Below are positions 35,774-45,150 of a DNA stretch of 64,000 nucleotides, piece by piece (the first letter of the stretch is position 1; every line of letters starts with the position of its first letter). The notes under the pieces were generated by a model, which saw only the letters and a program-made list of their open reading frames with translations, ran no database searches and was not told the origin of the DNA. This DNA comes from Candidatus Magasanikbacteria bacterium CG11_big_fil_rev_8_21_14_0_20_39_34 (GTDB taxonomy: Bacteria > Patescibacteriota > Patescibacteriia > Magasanikbacterales > UBA922), in assembly GCA_002787355.1 (NCBI GenBank), contig PCWN01000001.1, forward strand, positions 13,838-77,837, given 5' to 3'. Both the position numbers and the translations under genes were made by a program.

Positions 35774-37465
35774 TTAGTCAATTGCGCCAGAGGAAAAACG
35801 AAGTTTCATTTCTTTTTTCTGTTCTTTTTTCAAAACACGAAAGGTGTGCTTGGTCCACGGCTTTTCCCGCAATAAACTGGCCACCCAGTCTCCACCCAAA
35901 AGATGGGGCATCATAACATAATCTGCTCCAGCACCATACAAATCATCCATGTGTTCGGAGTGATACAGGTTTGCAATAATCCGTGATTTTCCGCCCAAAG
36001 AACGCACATGCTCAATCAAGGTAATCTGGTCATCTACCTCCGGAAGGGTAGAAAGAATAAGTCGTGACTTTTCCAAGGGTAGTGTGTACAAAAATTCTAC
36101 ATCGGCAGCATCGCCAAAATAGGCTGGAATGCCCCTGTGTTTGAGACGTGATAGTGCCGTGGGATCAAAGTCTACTACAGCAAACCGAACATTTTTTTCT
36201 GCCAAGGCCTCACAAACCTTCCACCCAATTCTATGGTATCCAAAAACCCAAACATCATACTTTTCCTCTTTGTCCTCTCGTTGTCGCTGTCCATCTTTCC
36301 CAAAAATTTGGAAAATGGGCAATAGGAATCTATAAAATTGTTCATTGTAGGTTATGGCATAAGAGGAAATGAATATCGTGATAAGAGCCATAAACGTATA
36401 AATCTGAAGCTCATACTCCCCCACGAAACCCAGGTGCTGTCCCAAAAAAAGAAGAATGAAACCAAATTCGCTCACCTGTGCCGCGGTCACTCCTGCCAGA
36501 AAGCTATTTCTTCTCGTAAACTTCAACATGCGAAAAGAATGATACAGGATAAATGGTTGACCAAGAAGAATAAACGCAGACAGAATGGTTGCAGGAAGCA
36601 CAACTGCACCAATATTGGAAAGGCTCATCTCAGAACCCAAAATAATAAAAAAGATTACAATAAAAAAATCTCTCAGTGGTTTGATTCTACTACTTATTTC
36701 ACTCTGGTAGGACGAAGACCCCAAGGTTATTCCCGCAACAATGGCACCAATTTCTACCGGGAACCCAATCCAGTAAAGCAAACTGGCAATACCAAAACAC
36801 CAAGCAATCGTAAAAATAAATAAAAACTCACGGGATTCAGCAACGTGATCCAAGATTACGGGAAGAAGGAACTTTGTTAAAAAATATATGAGTGCAATAA
36901 GCAAAATCAGCTTAATCACAAACTGATTAGTAATAGTCAACCAACTTCCACCACTAGAAAGTTGCACAAAAATCATCATAATGGATACGGCCAGAATATC
37001 TTGCACCACCATAAGACCCAAAACATGTCGTCCATAAACAGTTTGAGAATCCTTCTTATCATTAAGAAGTTTTACAATAATAATGGTAGAAGAAAACGTG
37101 ATTCCAATGGCAATATACAGGGAAGGATAAAAATCAAAATTAAGGAGTCTTAATATAAAAAACCCAATAAGGGCAGTAAAACTCACCTGAATGAGTCCTA
37201 CCAAAACAGAAACCTTTCCAATTTTTTTTACATGTGCAACGTTTAAACTTAGCCCCACCACGAAAAGAAGAAGAACAACCCCAAATTCCGAAAATGCATC
37301 AAAGAGGTGTTCGTCTCCCTGTAACAAACCCAAAAAAAGTGGACCCGCAATAATTCCCGCAACTATGTAGGCTACCATGAGTGGCTGTCGCAATATGCGC
37401 ATTACAAAAGCAATAGAAACGGTAATTCCCAAAAGAATGCTTACCTGCAAAAAAATATTATCCAT
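35774..37465 (-). CDS. Cation:proton antiporter (CPA2/Kef-type) with TrkA-N domain
   Basis: FSSTIIIVKLL, MVVQD, QVSEFGF, FGYHRIG, FGDA. Confidence 0.92.
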   Translation of the reverse strand: MDNIFLQVSILLGITVSIAFVMRILRQPLMVAYIVAGIIAGPLFLGLLQGDEHLFDAFSEFGVVLLLFVVGLSLNVAHVKKIGKVSVLVGLIQVSFTALIGFFILRLLNFDFYPSLYIAIGITFSSTIIIVKLLNDKKDSQTVYGRHVLGLMVVQDILAVSIMMIFVQLSSGGSWLTITNQFVIKLILLIALIYFLTKFLLPVILDHVAESREFLFIFTIAWCFGIASLLYWIGFPVEIGAIVAGITLGSSSYQSEISSRIKPLRDFFIVIFFIILGSEMSLSNIGAVVLPATILSAFILLGQPFILYHSFRMLKFTRRNSFLAGVTAAQVSEFGFILLFLGQHLGFVGEYELQIYTFMALITIFISSYAITYNEQFYRFLLPIFQIFGKDGQRQREDKEEKYDVWVFGYHRIGWKVCEALAEKNVRFAVVDFDPTALSRLKHRGIPAYFGDAADVEFLYTLPLEKSRLILSTLPEVDDQITLIEHVRSLGGKSRIIANLYHSEHMDDLYGAGADYVMMPHLLGGDWVASLLREKPWTKHTFRVLKKEQKKEMKLRFSSGAID

Positions 37466-37579
37466 TTTTTTTTACAAAAATTATTTTACTTACACATTGT
37501 ATCAAATTTTTTCTTTTTTGTCTTTTATTTTATACAAAAAAATCACCACGTGTGTGGTGATTTTTTTCAAAAAGTTTTT

Positions 37580-37963
37580 TTACATCATGAACCCAAAGTA
37601 CACCAATACAATTCCCAAAATAATTGAAAAAGAAAATTCAAGCAAAAACATGCTTTCTTTGTGTGCTTTTTTTATTGCCTCATATACCAACCCCGGGAAC
37701 AAAAGAAGTAAAACTCCTTTCAGAAAAGCCGCCCACCCCAAGAGGGTAATGAGATCTTCCCAGCCACCGGTCCACTGGCTATGCGAAAGTACCAAAAGAG
37801 ATCCCAGAGCAAAAACCGGAATTCCCCATAAAAACACATGTGATGGGTCACTTACGACCGAACCTACAATTGTCTTGTATTCATTCTTATTAATAAGAAG
37901 TGCAAGACCAATTACAAGAAAAAAAAGTCCAAAAAGTTGGGCTAAAAAAATGGAATTCGTCAT
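37580..37963 (-). CDS. Small 4-TM membrane protein
   Basis: HSQW...LITLLGWAAFLKG..LLLFP hydrophobic pattern. Confidence 0.75.
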   Translation of the reverse strand: MTNSIFLAQLFGLFFLVIGLALLINKNEYKTIVGSVVSDPSHVFLWGIPVFALGSLLVLSHSQWTGGWEDLITLLGWAAFLKGVLLLLFPGLVYEAIKKAHKESMFLLEFSFSIILGIVLVYFGFMM

Positions 37964-38158
37964 AGTATGTTTTATTAAAAATAAAGAGATTTTATATTCT
38001 TTAAAAAAAGTATACCATATTCAAACGTTCTTTCCTACTCCGTATTGAACATACCCACATATCCACATTTTTGTGCACAGGAGTGCATTCCATCTTCCCA
38101 AATGAAAACGATTGCCAAGACTGAGTTGGAGTGTTACTATACCCACAAAATGGATATT

Positions 38159-39160
38159 ATGATTATATTTCTCTATGGTCAAGATACCCTCCGATCTAAA
38201 AGACGTCTGGGGGAGATGACCGAAAAATTTAAGCAAGATCGTGATCCTTCTGGCATAAATATTGTTTCACTGGATTGCCAAAAAGAAAAAAATTTCTCCA
38301 ATGTTTTAGAGCAAATTTTTGCTTCACCCTTTTTAGCAGAGAAACGACTTATCATTATTGAAAATCTTCTTGCCTCACCGCACACAGAACTTCAAAAGAA
38401 GATCCTCTCTCACATTGAGTCACAGGAAATACCAGACTCAAACATTCTTCTTTTTTGTGAAGAGTCCGATACCTTTAAGGGTAAGGAGGCAAAAAAGCTC
38501 TTCTTACGTCTTACTGAAGAAAAGTTTTCACAAAAATTTGATGCCCTCAAAGGTGCACAACTTTTGGGTTGGGTAGATTTAGAAATAAAAGAACGTGGTG
38601 GACAAATAGAAAAACCAGCTCTATTATATTTGGTAGAAAATACCCAAAATGATACTTGGAAAATTTCTCATCTCATTGACCAACTTATTGCCTTTACCGC
38701 AGGGAAGACTATCAAAAAAGAAGATGTTAAAAAATTTGTTACTGAAAATTTTGATGACAACATCTTTAACCTTATTGATGCAATTGTAAAAAAACAACTT
38801 TCCACTGTCTTTCAGATGATTGAACAACAGTACAAAATTTCAAAAGATGCTTCCTATATTTTTTCCATGCTTTTGAGACAATATAAGATTCTCCTACAAC
38901 TCAAAGACCTCGAAAACCGTGGAGAAAATTTAAAAAATCCTCTTATAGCCCAAAAGCTTTCTTTACATCCCTTTGTGGTAAAGAAAACGCTTCCCATGCT
39001 CAGTCACTATACTTTTAAAGAACTCTCTACTATTCATAAAAATCTTCTTGATTTGGATATAAAAATAAAAACGGGCCAAGCAGACCCGAAAATATTATTG
39101 GATGTTTTTATTGGAAGTATTACCCTTTCTGAGAATCTCCATAACACTCCTCAAAAATAA
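38159..39160 (+). CDS. holA: DNA polymerase III delta subunit
   Basis: MIIFLYGQD, SPFLAEKRLIII, IFNLIDAI, HPFVVKK, DIKIKTG. Located next to rpsT. Confidence 0.92.
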   Translation: MIIFLYGQDTLRSKRRLGEMTEKFKQDRDPSGINIVSLDCQKEKNFSNVLEQIFASPFLAEKRLIIIENLLASPHTELQKKILSHIESQEIPDSNILLFCEESDTFKGKEAKKLFLRLTEEKFSQKFDALKGAQLLGWVDLEIKERGGQIEKPALLYLVENTQNDTWKISHLIDQLIAFTAGKTIKKEDVKKFVTENFDDNIFNLIDAIVKKQLSTVFQMIEQQYKISKDASYIFSMLLRQYKILLQLKDLENRGENLKNPLIAQKLSLHPFVVKKTLPMLSHYTFKELSTIHKNLLDLDIKIKTGQADPKILLDVFIGSITLSENLHNTPQK

Positions 39161-40295
39161 GATCCCCCAAATCGTTCATAACTTCTTCTAGGTGTCTTGG
39201 GGTATTTCCTCCATTTTTTTTCTGTGCACAAATAACCACACGAGCCAAATTTTCTTTTACATCATTTTGTAAACCTTCGCGGGTGTGCTCTTGTTCTGTA
39301 TCGAGTACCCCTGTACCTTCCACTTTCAAAAATTCATGAACTCCGCCTGGATTGAGATTTTTTTCAGCAATCACGGTATGCCCAAGGAGCTTTCCTTGTT
39401 GATTTTCCCCATCTATGTACGTAATCCCCCCTCTACCTGATTTTTTGGTTGCATAGGCTCCCCCATCTGCCTGTTCTCGTATTCTTCCCTCTGGCCCTTC
39501 TGAAGAAAGAATGTCATCACCTTCTTTGAGTTTTCGTACTCCCAAACTAAAGGAAGCTCGCGCTGCAATGTTCCACTCAGAATATTCTGCAGGAACATCT
39601 CCCTCCCAAGATGCGGTATCCAAAACAACATACTTTTGCCTTGCTTCTCTATCTGGATTTTCTGCAATCACAATGGAAGAAAGACTTTTGTAGATTCTCT
39701 CCATAACCCGCTCAACAGAATCTTTTTTCATGTGGGTAAGCAGAAGAGTAAATTCGTCTCCACCATGCCTGCATGCCGCATCCCCTAAACGAACTTGGCT
39801 TTCAAGTTTTTTTCCTACCAATTCCAACATTCTATCCACCACTTCATGACCATAGGTATCGTTAAACTTTTTCATGAAGTCCATATCAATAAAACAATAC
39901 ACCGCCTCTTCTTCGGTTTTTCCCTCTACCCGAGGCCCCATCATATTTTCTTTCATAGCATTAAACCGTTCACTAAAACGCCCTCTTCGGAGTAAGCCCG
40001 TGAGTTCATCCCTTTCTCCTCGTCGCTTCACGAGAAAATGTACCTGTGTTATTTCTTGTATTTCTTTTCTACGAATTTCTACTAATTTTTTATGTAGTTG
40101 TGGTTCTATACTATTTTCACTACAAAAAATATCCAGTCGTTTCATGGTCTCTCTCATCAATTCATTATAAATAGAGAGTACTTCTTCTCTGTCTGCTTCA
40201 CGAAAGTGTTCTAAAAAAAGATCTTCTGGAGGTAAAACGGGAGACATTTCACGTTCATCTCTTCCTTGTTCTGGTACTTTTCTAATTTCTGGCAT
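39120..40295 (-). CDS. Diguanylate cyclase (GGDEF) domain protein
   Basis: DELTGL, IDMDFMKKFNDTYGH, RLGD I-site followed by RHGGDEF, AD..AY..K..GR. Confidence 0.88.
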   Translation of the reverse strand: MPEIRKVPEQGRDEREMSPVLPPEDLFLEHFREADREEVLSIYNELMRETMKRLDIFCSENSIEPQLHKKLVEIRRKEIQEITQVHFLVKRRGERDELTGLLRRGRFSERFNAMKENMMGPRVEGKTEEEAVYCFIDMDFMKKFNDTYGHEVVDRMLELVGKKLESQVRLGDAACRHGGDEFTLLLTHMKKDSVERVMERIYKSLSSIVIAENPDREARQKYVVLDTASWEGDVPAEYSEWNIAARASFSLGVRKLKEGDDILSSEGPEGRIREQADGGAYATKKSGRGGITYIDGENQQGKLLGHTVIAEKNLNPGGVHEFLKVEGTGVLDTEQEHTREGLQNDVKENLARVVICAQKKNGGNTPRHLEEVMNDLGDLIFEECYGDSQKG

Positions 40296-40364
40296 ACAAT
40301 CCTAAAATTTATTGAAACAAAAACCTCGATAAAGGTTCATCGAGGTTTAGTATATCTTATTTTT

Positions 40365-40631
40365 TTACTTTTTTGCAACTTTATTTGCTTTTTTGGCCAA
40401 CCGTGAAAGCTTTCTTGCTGCGGTGTTTTTTGTCAAAACTCCCTTTTTTGCAGCTTTTCCAAGCTTCTTTTGTACCATTTGAAGGGTCTTTTGGATATCC
40501 TTCTCTCCAGCATCCAGAGCTTTTGTCATTTGTTTTACTGCTCCTTTATAGGCTTTCTTTACAACAAGATTTTGCTTTGTTCTTTTTTCTGCCTGGCGGA
40601 GAGCCTTTTTGGCATTTCTTAAATTTGGCAT
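40365..40631 (-). CDS. rpsT: 30S ribosomal protein S20
   Basis: MPNLRNAKKALRQ...AAKKGVLTKNTAARKLSRL. Confidence 0.96.
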   Translation of the reverse strand: MPNLRNAKKALRQAEKRTKQNLVVKKAYKGAVKQMTKALDAGEKDIQKTLQMVQKKLGKAAKKGVLTKNTAARKLSRLAKKANKVAKK

Positions 40632-40723
40632 ATTTGGTTATGTTTTGTTTATAATTCCGACGTGAGAGTAGCCTGAGTATAGCGAAAATAGTTCATAATG
40701 TCAAGTACTTCTTAATTCTCTGG

Positions 40724-41845
40724 CTATTGGCGTATAGGCATTATCAAATAGAGATAGTCATCTCTACCCTTTTGTTGCAACATGCATGCAGCGTCTAAAC
40801 TATTCATAAGAAACTCTACTTCATCCCCATCAAACTGGGATAGGCCATCCAATACATACCGAAAGTTAAGAAGAATAACATTTTCTTCCCCCTCCACCAA
40901 AGCATCTACCTTGGATGAATGCTCTCCCGTTTGGCTGCTCATTGAAGCTACCAAAATTCCCCCCTCCGAAGGACTCAAAGTAAAGTTCACTCCATTGATT
41001 CCCGTAGAAGAAAAAAGACTCGCTGCTTTAATTTTTTTACTGAACACATCCTTTGATACGGTTGCCTTGGTCTTAAATTCCGTTGGTATAATCTGACCAT
41101 AGTCTGGATATTTCCCCGCCACCAATCGTGTAGTAAATTCAAATGTATCATACCGAAGACCAAACTGGTTATCACTCACCCACAAACGAACTTGTGTTTC
41201 TTTTTCACTTACTCGGTTGGAGAGCAGTCGTACCAGCTCAAGTATGGCACGAGAAGGAACAATACATTCCACACGATCACTTCCTTGTGCAACAGAAACT
41301 TTTTTTTCTGCCAGTCTATAAGAATCGGTTGCTGCCAAAACCAAACCGGAAAACCGTTCTGTAAAAAACCCACAGTAAACTCCTGAAAGTTCTGGGCGGA
41401 TATCATTTCTTGCAGAAGCCACAACGGTTTTGGAAAGTGCTTCACGAAATGGGTCAACCAGAAGAGTATACACCGCTCCTTCTTCTGCTTCTGGGATGAT
41501 AGGAAATTCATCGGCTGGTGTCCCTTTTATTTTTGTTTGTGAACCAACACAAGAAAGGGAAAGTTCATTATCTTGAAGTTCAATTTCAATTTGTTGATCC
41601 GAAATAAGTGAAACAAAATCAGTAAGTGTCTTTGCCGGTATAGTAAACCTTCCCGGTTTTTCTACCTTTGCACGAAGAGTGGAGCGAATAGCAATTTCCA
41701 GGTTGGTACTAATAAGTTCTACTTTTGATTCGGTTGCATCTATAAGAATATGAGAAAGTATCGGAAGGTTATTTTGTTTTCCTGCCAATGGTGTTGTTTG
41801 TGCGAGTGCGTGGGCCATGTTGTCTTTGGTGCAAACAAATTTCAT
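40724..41845 (-). CDS. dnaN: DNA polymerase III beta clamp
   Basis: LPILSHIL, STNLE, RPELSG, ATDSYRL, GKYPDY, YLIMPIR. Confidence 0.98.
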   Translation of the reverse strand: MKFVCTKDNMAHALAQTTPLAGKQNNLPILSHILIDATESKVELISTNLEIAIRSTLRAKVEKPGRFTIPAKTLTDFVSLISDQQIEIELQDNELSLSCVGSQTKIKGTPADEFPIIPEAEEGAVYTLLVDPFREALSKTVVASARNDIRPELSGVYCGFFTERFSGLVLAATDSYRLAEKKVSVAQGSDRVECIVPSRAILELVRLLSNRVSEKETQVRLWVSDNQFGLRYDTFEFTTRLVAGKYPDYGQIIPTEFKTKATVSKDVFSKKIKAASLFSSTGINGVNFTLSPSEGGILVASMSSQTGEHSSKVDALVEGEENVILLNFRYVLDGLSQFDGDEVEFLMNSLDAACMLQQKGRDDYLYLIMPIRQ

Positions 41846-42122
41846 ATGTGTATTATTCCGTTACTCTTTTCTTATTTTTCTTAATTATTAAATAGTATTA
41901 GTAATAGGTCTTGTGGATAGTGTGTATAACTTGAGAAATTTAACTTTGTTGAGATGTTTTTTTACTTTTTTCATTCTGGACAAAACTTTCGTAACTTTTT
42001 CATTTTTGGGGACAGTTTTCCACAACTTTTTTTTCGTGGGGATAACTTACTGTTTGTTCACAGGCTATTTCGCAGAAGCTCAACATACTTGTAAACAGGG
42101 TTTTCCACAAAACGTGGATAAA
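41846..42122. promoter_or_regulatory. oriC unwinding half (dnaA-dnaN intergenic) with DnaA-trios and DnaA boxes
   Basis: AT-rich stretch, trios TAG TAT TAG TAA TAG at 41893-41907, tandem boxes TGTGGATAG/TGTGTATAA at 41912-41929, further TTTTCCACA-type boxes and CGTGGATAA near 42101-42121. Confidence 0.85.
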
Positions 42123-43496
42123 CTATGCGTTATAAAAACGCTGCTTTATAAGATCCACTTCTTGTTTCAGTTGGTGATTATCTTTAAGCTGTTCTTGGAT
42201 TTTTGTATGTGCATGCATTGCGGTTGTATGGTCACGCCCCCCAAGCTCTTGTCCAATCGCGGGGTAGGACATCTTGAGTTCTTCTCGCAAAAGAAACATA
42301 GTGATTTGTCTGGGGTGTGCCAATCTTTTCTCTCGGCTTTTTCCAAGAATATCTTCGAGTGATACATCGTAGAATGTGGTAACACGCTCTATCAGTTCTT
42401 TTGGTGTTATAGATCGAGAAACACGCTGTGATTCAAAGCTGTCCAAAATAGATTTAACCGATTCTTTTGTTGGTGCAATATTTTTAAGTTGGTGATATGC
42501 AATCACTTTGTTGAGTGCGCCTTCAAGTTCTCGGATATTGCTATCAATAGTGGACGCAATGGTTTGAAGATATTCTTGTGAAATTGGAAAATTCTTTTCT
42601 TGTGCTTTTGATTGCAAAATAGCGACACGCGTCTCAAGGTCCGGTGCTGTAACGTCGGCAATCATTCCCCACTCAAAGCGGCTTCGGAGCCTATCTTCCA
42701 GAGATGGAATGGCCTTTGGAGGACGGTCACTTGTCATGACTACCTGGCGGCCCTGCTGGTGGAGCTCATTGAAGGTATGAAAAAATTCTTCTTGGGTTTG
42801 TTCCTTCCCTCCAATGAATTGGATGTCATCAATAAGAAGAAGATCAGCAGTGCGGTAACGGTCTTTAAAATCTTTGAGTCCGCCTTCTTTTACGGCAGAT
42901 ACAAATTCATTGGTAAACTTTTCACTACTTACATAAAGAATTTTTGCCTGCGAGTTATTGAGAAGAATATTGTGAGCAATAGCCTGGATAAGGTGCGTTT
43001 TTCCGAGTCCAACATCTCCATAGATAAAGAGGGGGTTATAGGCTTCACCGGGGCGATTGGCAACCGCTTGTGCTGCGGCGTGTGCAAGTTCATTTCCCTT
43101 TCCCACAATAAAGGTATCAAAGGTATATTTTGGGTTAAGCCCAAACTGAGAGAGGAGTGTTTTTACCGGTTTGGAGTAAATAGGGCTTTCTTGTGTGGAT
43201 ACGGTTTGCTGTGATTGGAGTTGGCACTCCATTTCCTCTATGTGCTTCATGTTTTCCACCTTGTATTCCACTCGCTTGATAGGTTTTTGTGTTACGCGCT
43301 CCAGGGTTTTTATGATATCGGAGTGATATTTTTTTTCCAACCAACTCTTTGTAAAGGCATTTGGCACACAAATAATAACTTGCCCGTCCTGAAAATGACC
43401 AACTCCGGTATTGCGAAACCAGGTGGTGAAGTTTGCCTTGGATAATTTAAGCTCAAATTCGGCGAGAACGGCCTGCCAGACCTCATAATTTGTCAT
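42123..43496 (-). CDS. dnaA: Chromosomal replication initiator DnaA
   Basis: YNPLFIYGDVGLGKTHL, LLIDDIQF, RLRSRFEWG, GGRDHTTAMHA. Start taken as the ATG at 43496. Confidence 0.99.
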   Translation of the reverse strand: MTNYEVWQAVLAEFELKLSKANFTTWFRNTGVGHFQDGQVIICVPNAFTKSWLEKKYHSDIIKTLERVTQKPIKRVEYKVENMKHIEEMECQLQSQQTVSTQESPIYSKPVKTLLSQFGLNPKYTFDTFIVGKGNELAHAAAQAVANRPGEAYNPLFIYGDVGLGKTHLIQAIAHNILLNNSQAKILYVSSEKFTNEFVSAVKEGGLKDFKDRYRTADLLLIDDIQFIGGKEQTQEEFFHTFNELHQQGRQVVMTSDRPPKAIPSLEDRLRSRFEWGMIADVTAPDLETRVAILQSKAQEKNFPISQEYLQTIASTIDSNIRELEGALNKVIAYHQLKNIAPTKESVKSILDSFESQRVSRSITPKELIERVTTFYDVSLEDILGKSREKRLAHPRQITMFLLREELKMSYPAIGQELGGRDHTTAMHAHTKIQEQLKDNHQLKQEVDLIKQRFYNA

Positions 43497-43559
43497 AGGA
43501 AGGAATATTTTATGGGGAAAAAAGATGGTTTCCTCTTTACTTTTGCTATTGTAGCACAA

Positions 43560-43680
43560 TTATACACAGTAAAAAATCGCTAAAAATAGCGAAAAGATAG
43601 TAATATGTGGATAAACTGTGTATATTGTGGATAAATTAGAGAAAAAATAAACTTTTTGGTGTGGGTAATCCTGTGGATAA
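43560..43680. promoter_or_regulatory. DnaA-box cluster upstream of dnaA (second half of a bipartite oriC)
   Basis: TTATACACA 43560-43568, TGTGGATAA at 43606, 43626 and 43672, TGTGGGTAA at 43660. Confidence 0.85.
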
Positions 43681-43792
43681 TGTGAAAAACCATGGAAAAG
43701 AAATATATTTTTCTGGACAAAGAAGGATTTTTTTGATTGAATGACTCCTGCCTGCAAGAAATTCTTCAACGGAGGCAGGCAAGGAGGCCAGA

Positions 43793-44107
43793 TTGGGAAA
43801 CATGAAGAAGGTTCGTGCGAAGCGTCGCAGGGGGCTGGAGCGTTCCAAGAAGCGCCGGCCCTCCCACCTTTCGAAGGGGAGGTGGAAGTGCGGCGGCTGT
43901 CGTAGACGAGCCAATCGTCAGACCCGCAAGGGAAAGGGAAAGGGCGGGAGCACAAATTCTGCTCCAAAAGTTCCTACCTTTCCAGGAGTCTGGTACAATG
44001 CCGACCTCTGGGACTGTAGTGTCCTTGGTTGTGGTAAGTTGGACATCAGTTCCAGTAGTGAGAGATGTCCTCGGTTGAATTGCCCGGGAGTCCGTCCCTC
44101 TCGCTAG
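43793..44107 (+). CDS. GC-rich ORFan 4: very basic protein with RanBP2-like Cys motifs
   Basis: AAGGAGG 5 nt before TTG. Motifs WKCGGC and WDC-x4-C-x3-D-x7-C-x4-C. About 62% GC in a sampled line. Confidence 0.6.
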   Translation: MGNMKKVRAKRRRGLERSKKRRPSHLSKGRWKCGGCRRRANRQTRKGKGKGGSTNSAPKVPTFPGVWYNADLWDCSVLGCGKLDISSSSERCPRLNCPGVRPSR

Positions 44108-44126
44108 ACGCGCCCACCACACCACC

Positions 44127-44219
44127 CCACTCGCAAAAAAAAATTTTTCATAGAAATGTCTTTGTATGAAAAATTTTGCGAGTGGAAAAAAGCACCAAAA
44201 TTTCTTTGGTGCTTTTTTC
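44127..44219. terminator. Long bulged hairpin followed by a bidirectional terminator
   Basis: CCACTCGC-A9-TTTTTCATA ... TATGAAAAATTTTGCGAGTGG (44127-44185), then AAAAAAGCACCAAA/TTTGGTGCTTTTT. Confidence 0.7.
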
Positions 44220-44227
44220 TTTTTTCC

Positions 44228-45025
44228 CTATTCCCAACCGGAAAGTTTTTGTGCGAAATGAAAGAGCGCATCAAAGGTGGCGGTCATAAACTGTACAATC
44301 CCCTTGTGGCGAAGCGTGATTACCATGGACGTCTCCGGCAGTAAAAAAGAAACCCTATCACCATAAATAAGAGCAAGTTCTTGTATAGGAATTATAGACT
44401 CGGGAAGAGTGCGCAGATCCCAGATGCGTTTTTTGAAGGTTTCATGCACAAGCGAAGAGTTTAAAAACTTTTTTTGCGGGACGTGGAGAGATTCTTTGGT
44501 AAATATTCCATGAGTAATTATATTTTTTTGCACCACACGAGAGAAAAAAACATTCCACTGTTCCGGGGTAAGGAGCTCAAGTTCATCGATAAGTCCCTTT
44601 TTCCCCTCGAGCACACGAAAAGTGGATCCCGCAGGTAAAAGGGTGATCTGTTCATATACGGAAAAATATCCTTTTTTAGAATCAATGACTTCAAAAGTGG
44701 GTTGTTCCTCATGAATTTTTTGGAGAGACTCCAACTCGGGTACAAAGGATTTAAAGTCAAAGGTGAGTTTCGAAAAATAGGTGGCAAGTTCTGCCGGAGG
44801 TTTTGCAAAAAAATGCTGCACCTTTCCCTTTCGGGATTGAAAAAGGAGCTGTCTTTGCAAAAGATTTTTTATGTGGAAGTAGGTTGCTGTTCTTTGCATG
44901 CCAGACTCTTTTGCTATGTCTGTCGTCGTCGCATTCCCCAGCTTCAAAGTAGCAAGGTAGACGTCAATCTCTGGCTTGGAAAGAGAAAATTGTTCCAAAA
45001 TAGTATATATATTTGTAATTTCCAT
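44228..45025 (-). CDS. TrmB-family transcriptional regulator, module 2
   Basis: SLSKPEIDVYLATLKLG..TTDIAKESGMQRTATY, C-terminus ATFDALF. Confidence 0.88.
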   Translation of the reverse strand: MEITNIYTILEQFSLSKPEIDVYLATLKLGNATTTDIAKESGMQRTATYFHIKNLLQRQLLFQSRKGKVQHFFAKPPAELATYFSKLTFDFKSFVPELESLQKIHEEQPTFEVIDSKKGYFSVYEQITLLPAGSTFRVLEGKKGLIDELELLTPEQWNVFFSRVVQKNIITHGIFTKESLHVPQKKFLNSSLVHETFKKRIWDLRTLPESIIPIQELALIYGDRVSFLLPETSMVITLRHKGIVQFMTATFDALFHFAQKLSGWE

Positions 45026-45150
45026 AGAGTATTTTTCTGTAGTATAACATATATTTTATATTTGTAAAAAAAATTTTTCTACAAATAGTATTGAAATAAA
45101 GCTAAAAACATGATATTTTTCATAAAATGTTAACTATAATTTACAAAAAT

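Noticed and set aside
38021-38236. Small minus-strand ORF upstream of holA
   Set aside because: Overlaps the holA start, with no RBS, motif or convincing start.
41913-42362. 149-aa ORF across the dnaA-dnaN gap, and ORFs at 43560-43967 and 43636-43914
   Set aside because: They overlap oriC DnaA-box clusters and have low-complexity Phe-rich translations.
43793-44107. Ribosomal protein L34 (rpmH), suggested by position and basic composition
   Set aside because: Lacks the MKRT.QP / HGFR.RM signature, is twice as long and is Cys-rich.
44127-44185. Integron attC site after ORFan 4
   Set aside because: Long bulged hairpin, but no RYYYAAC/GTTRRRY core sites and no integrase in the window.
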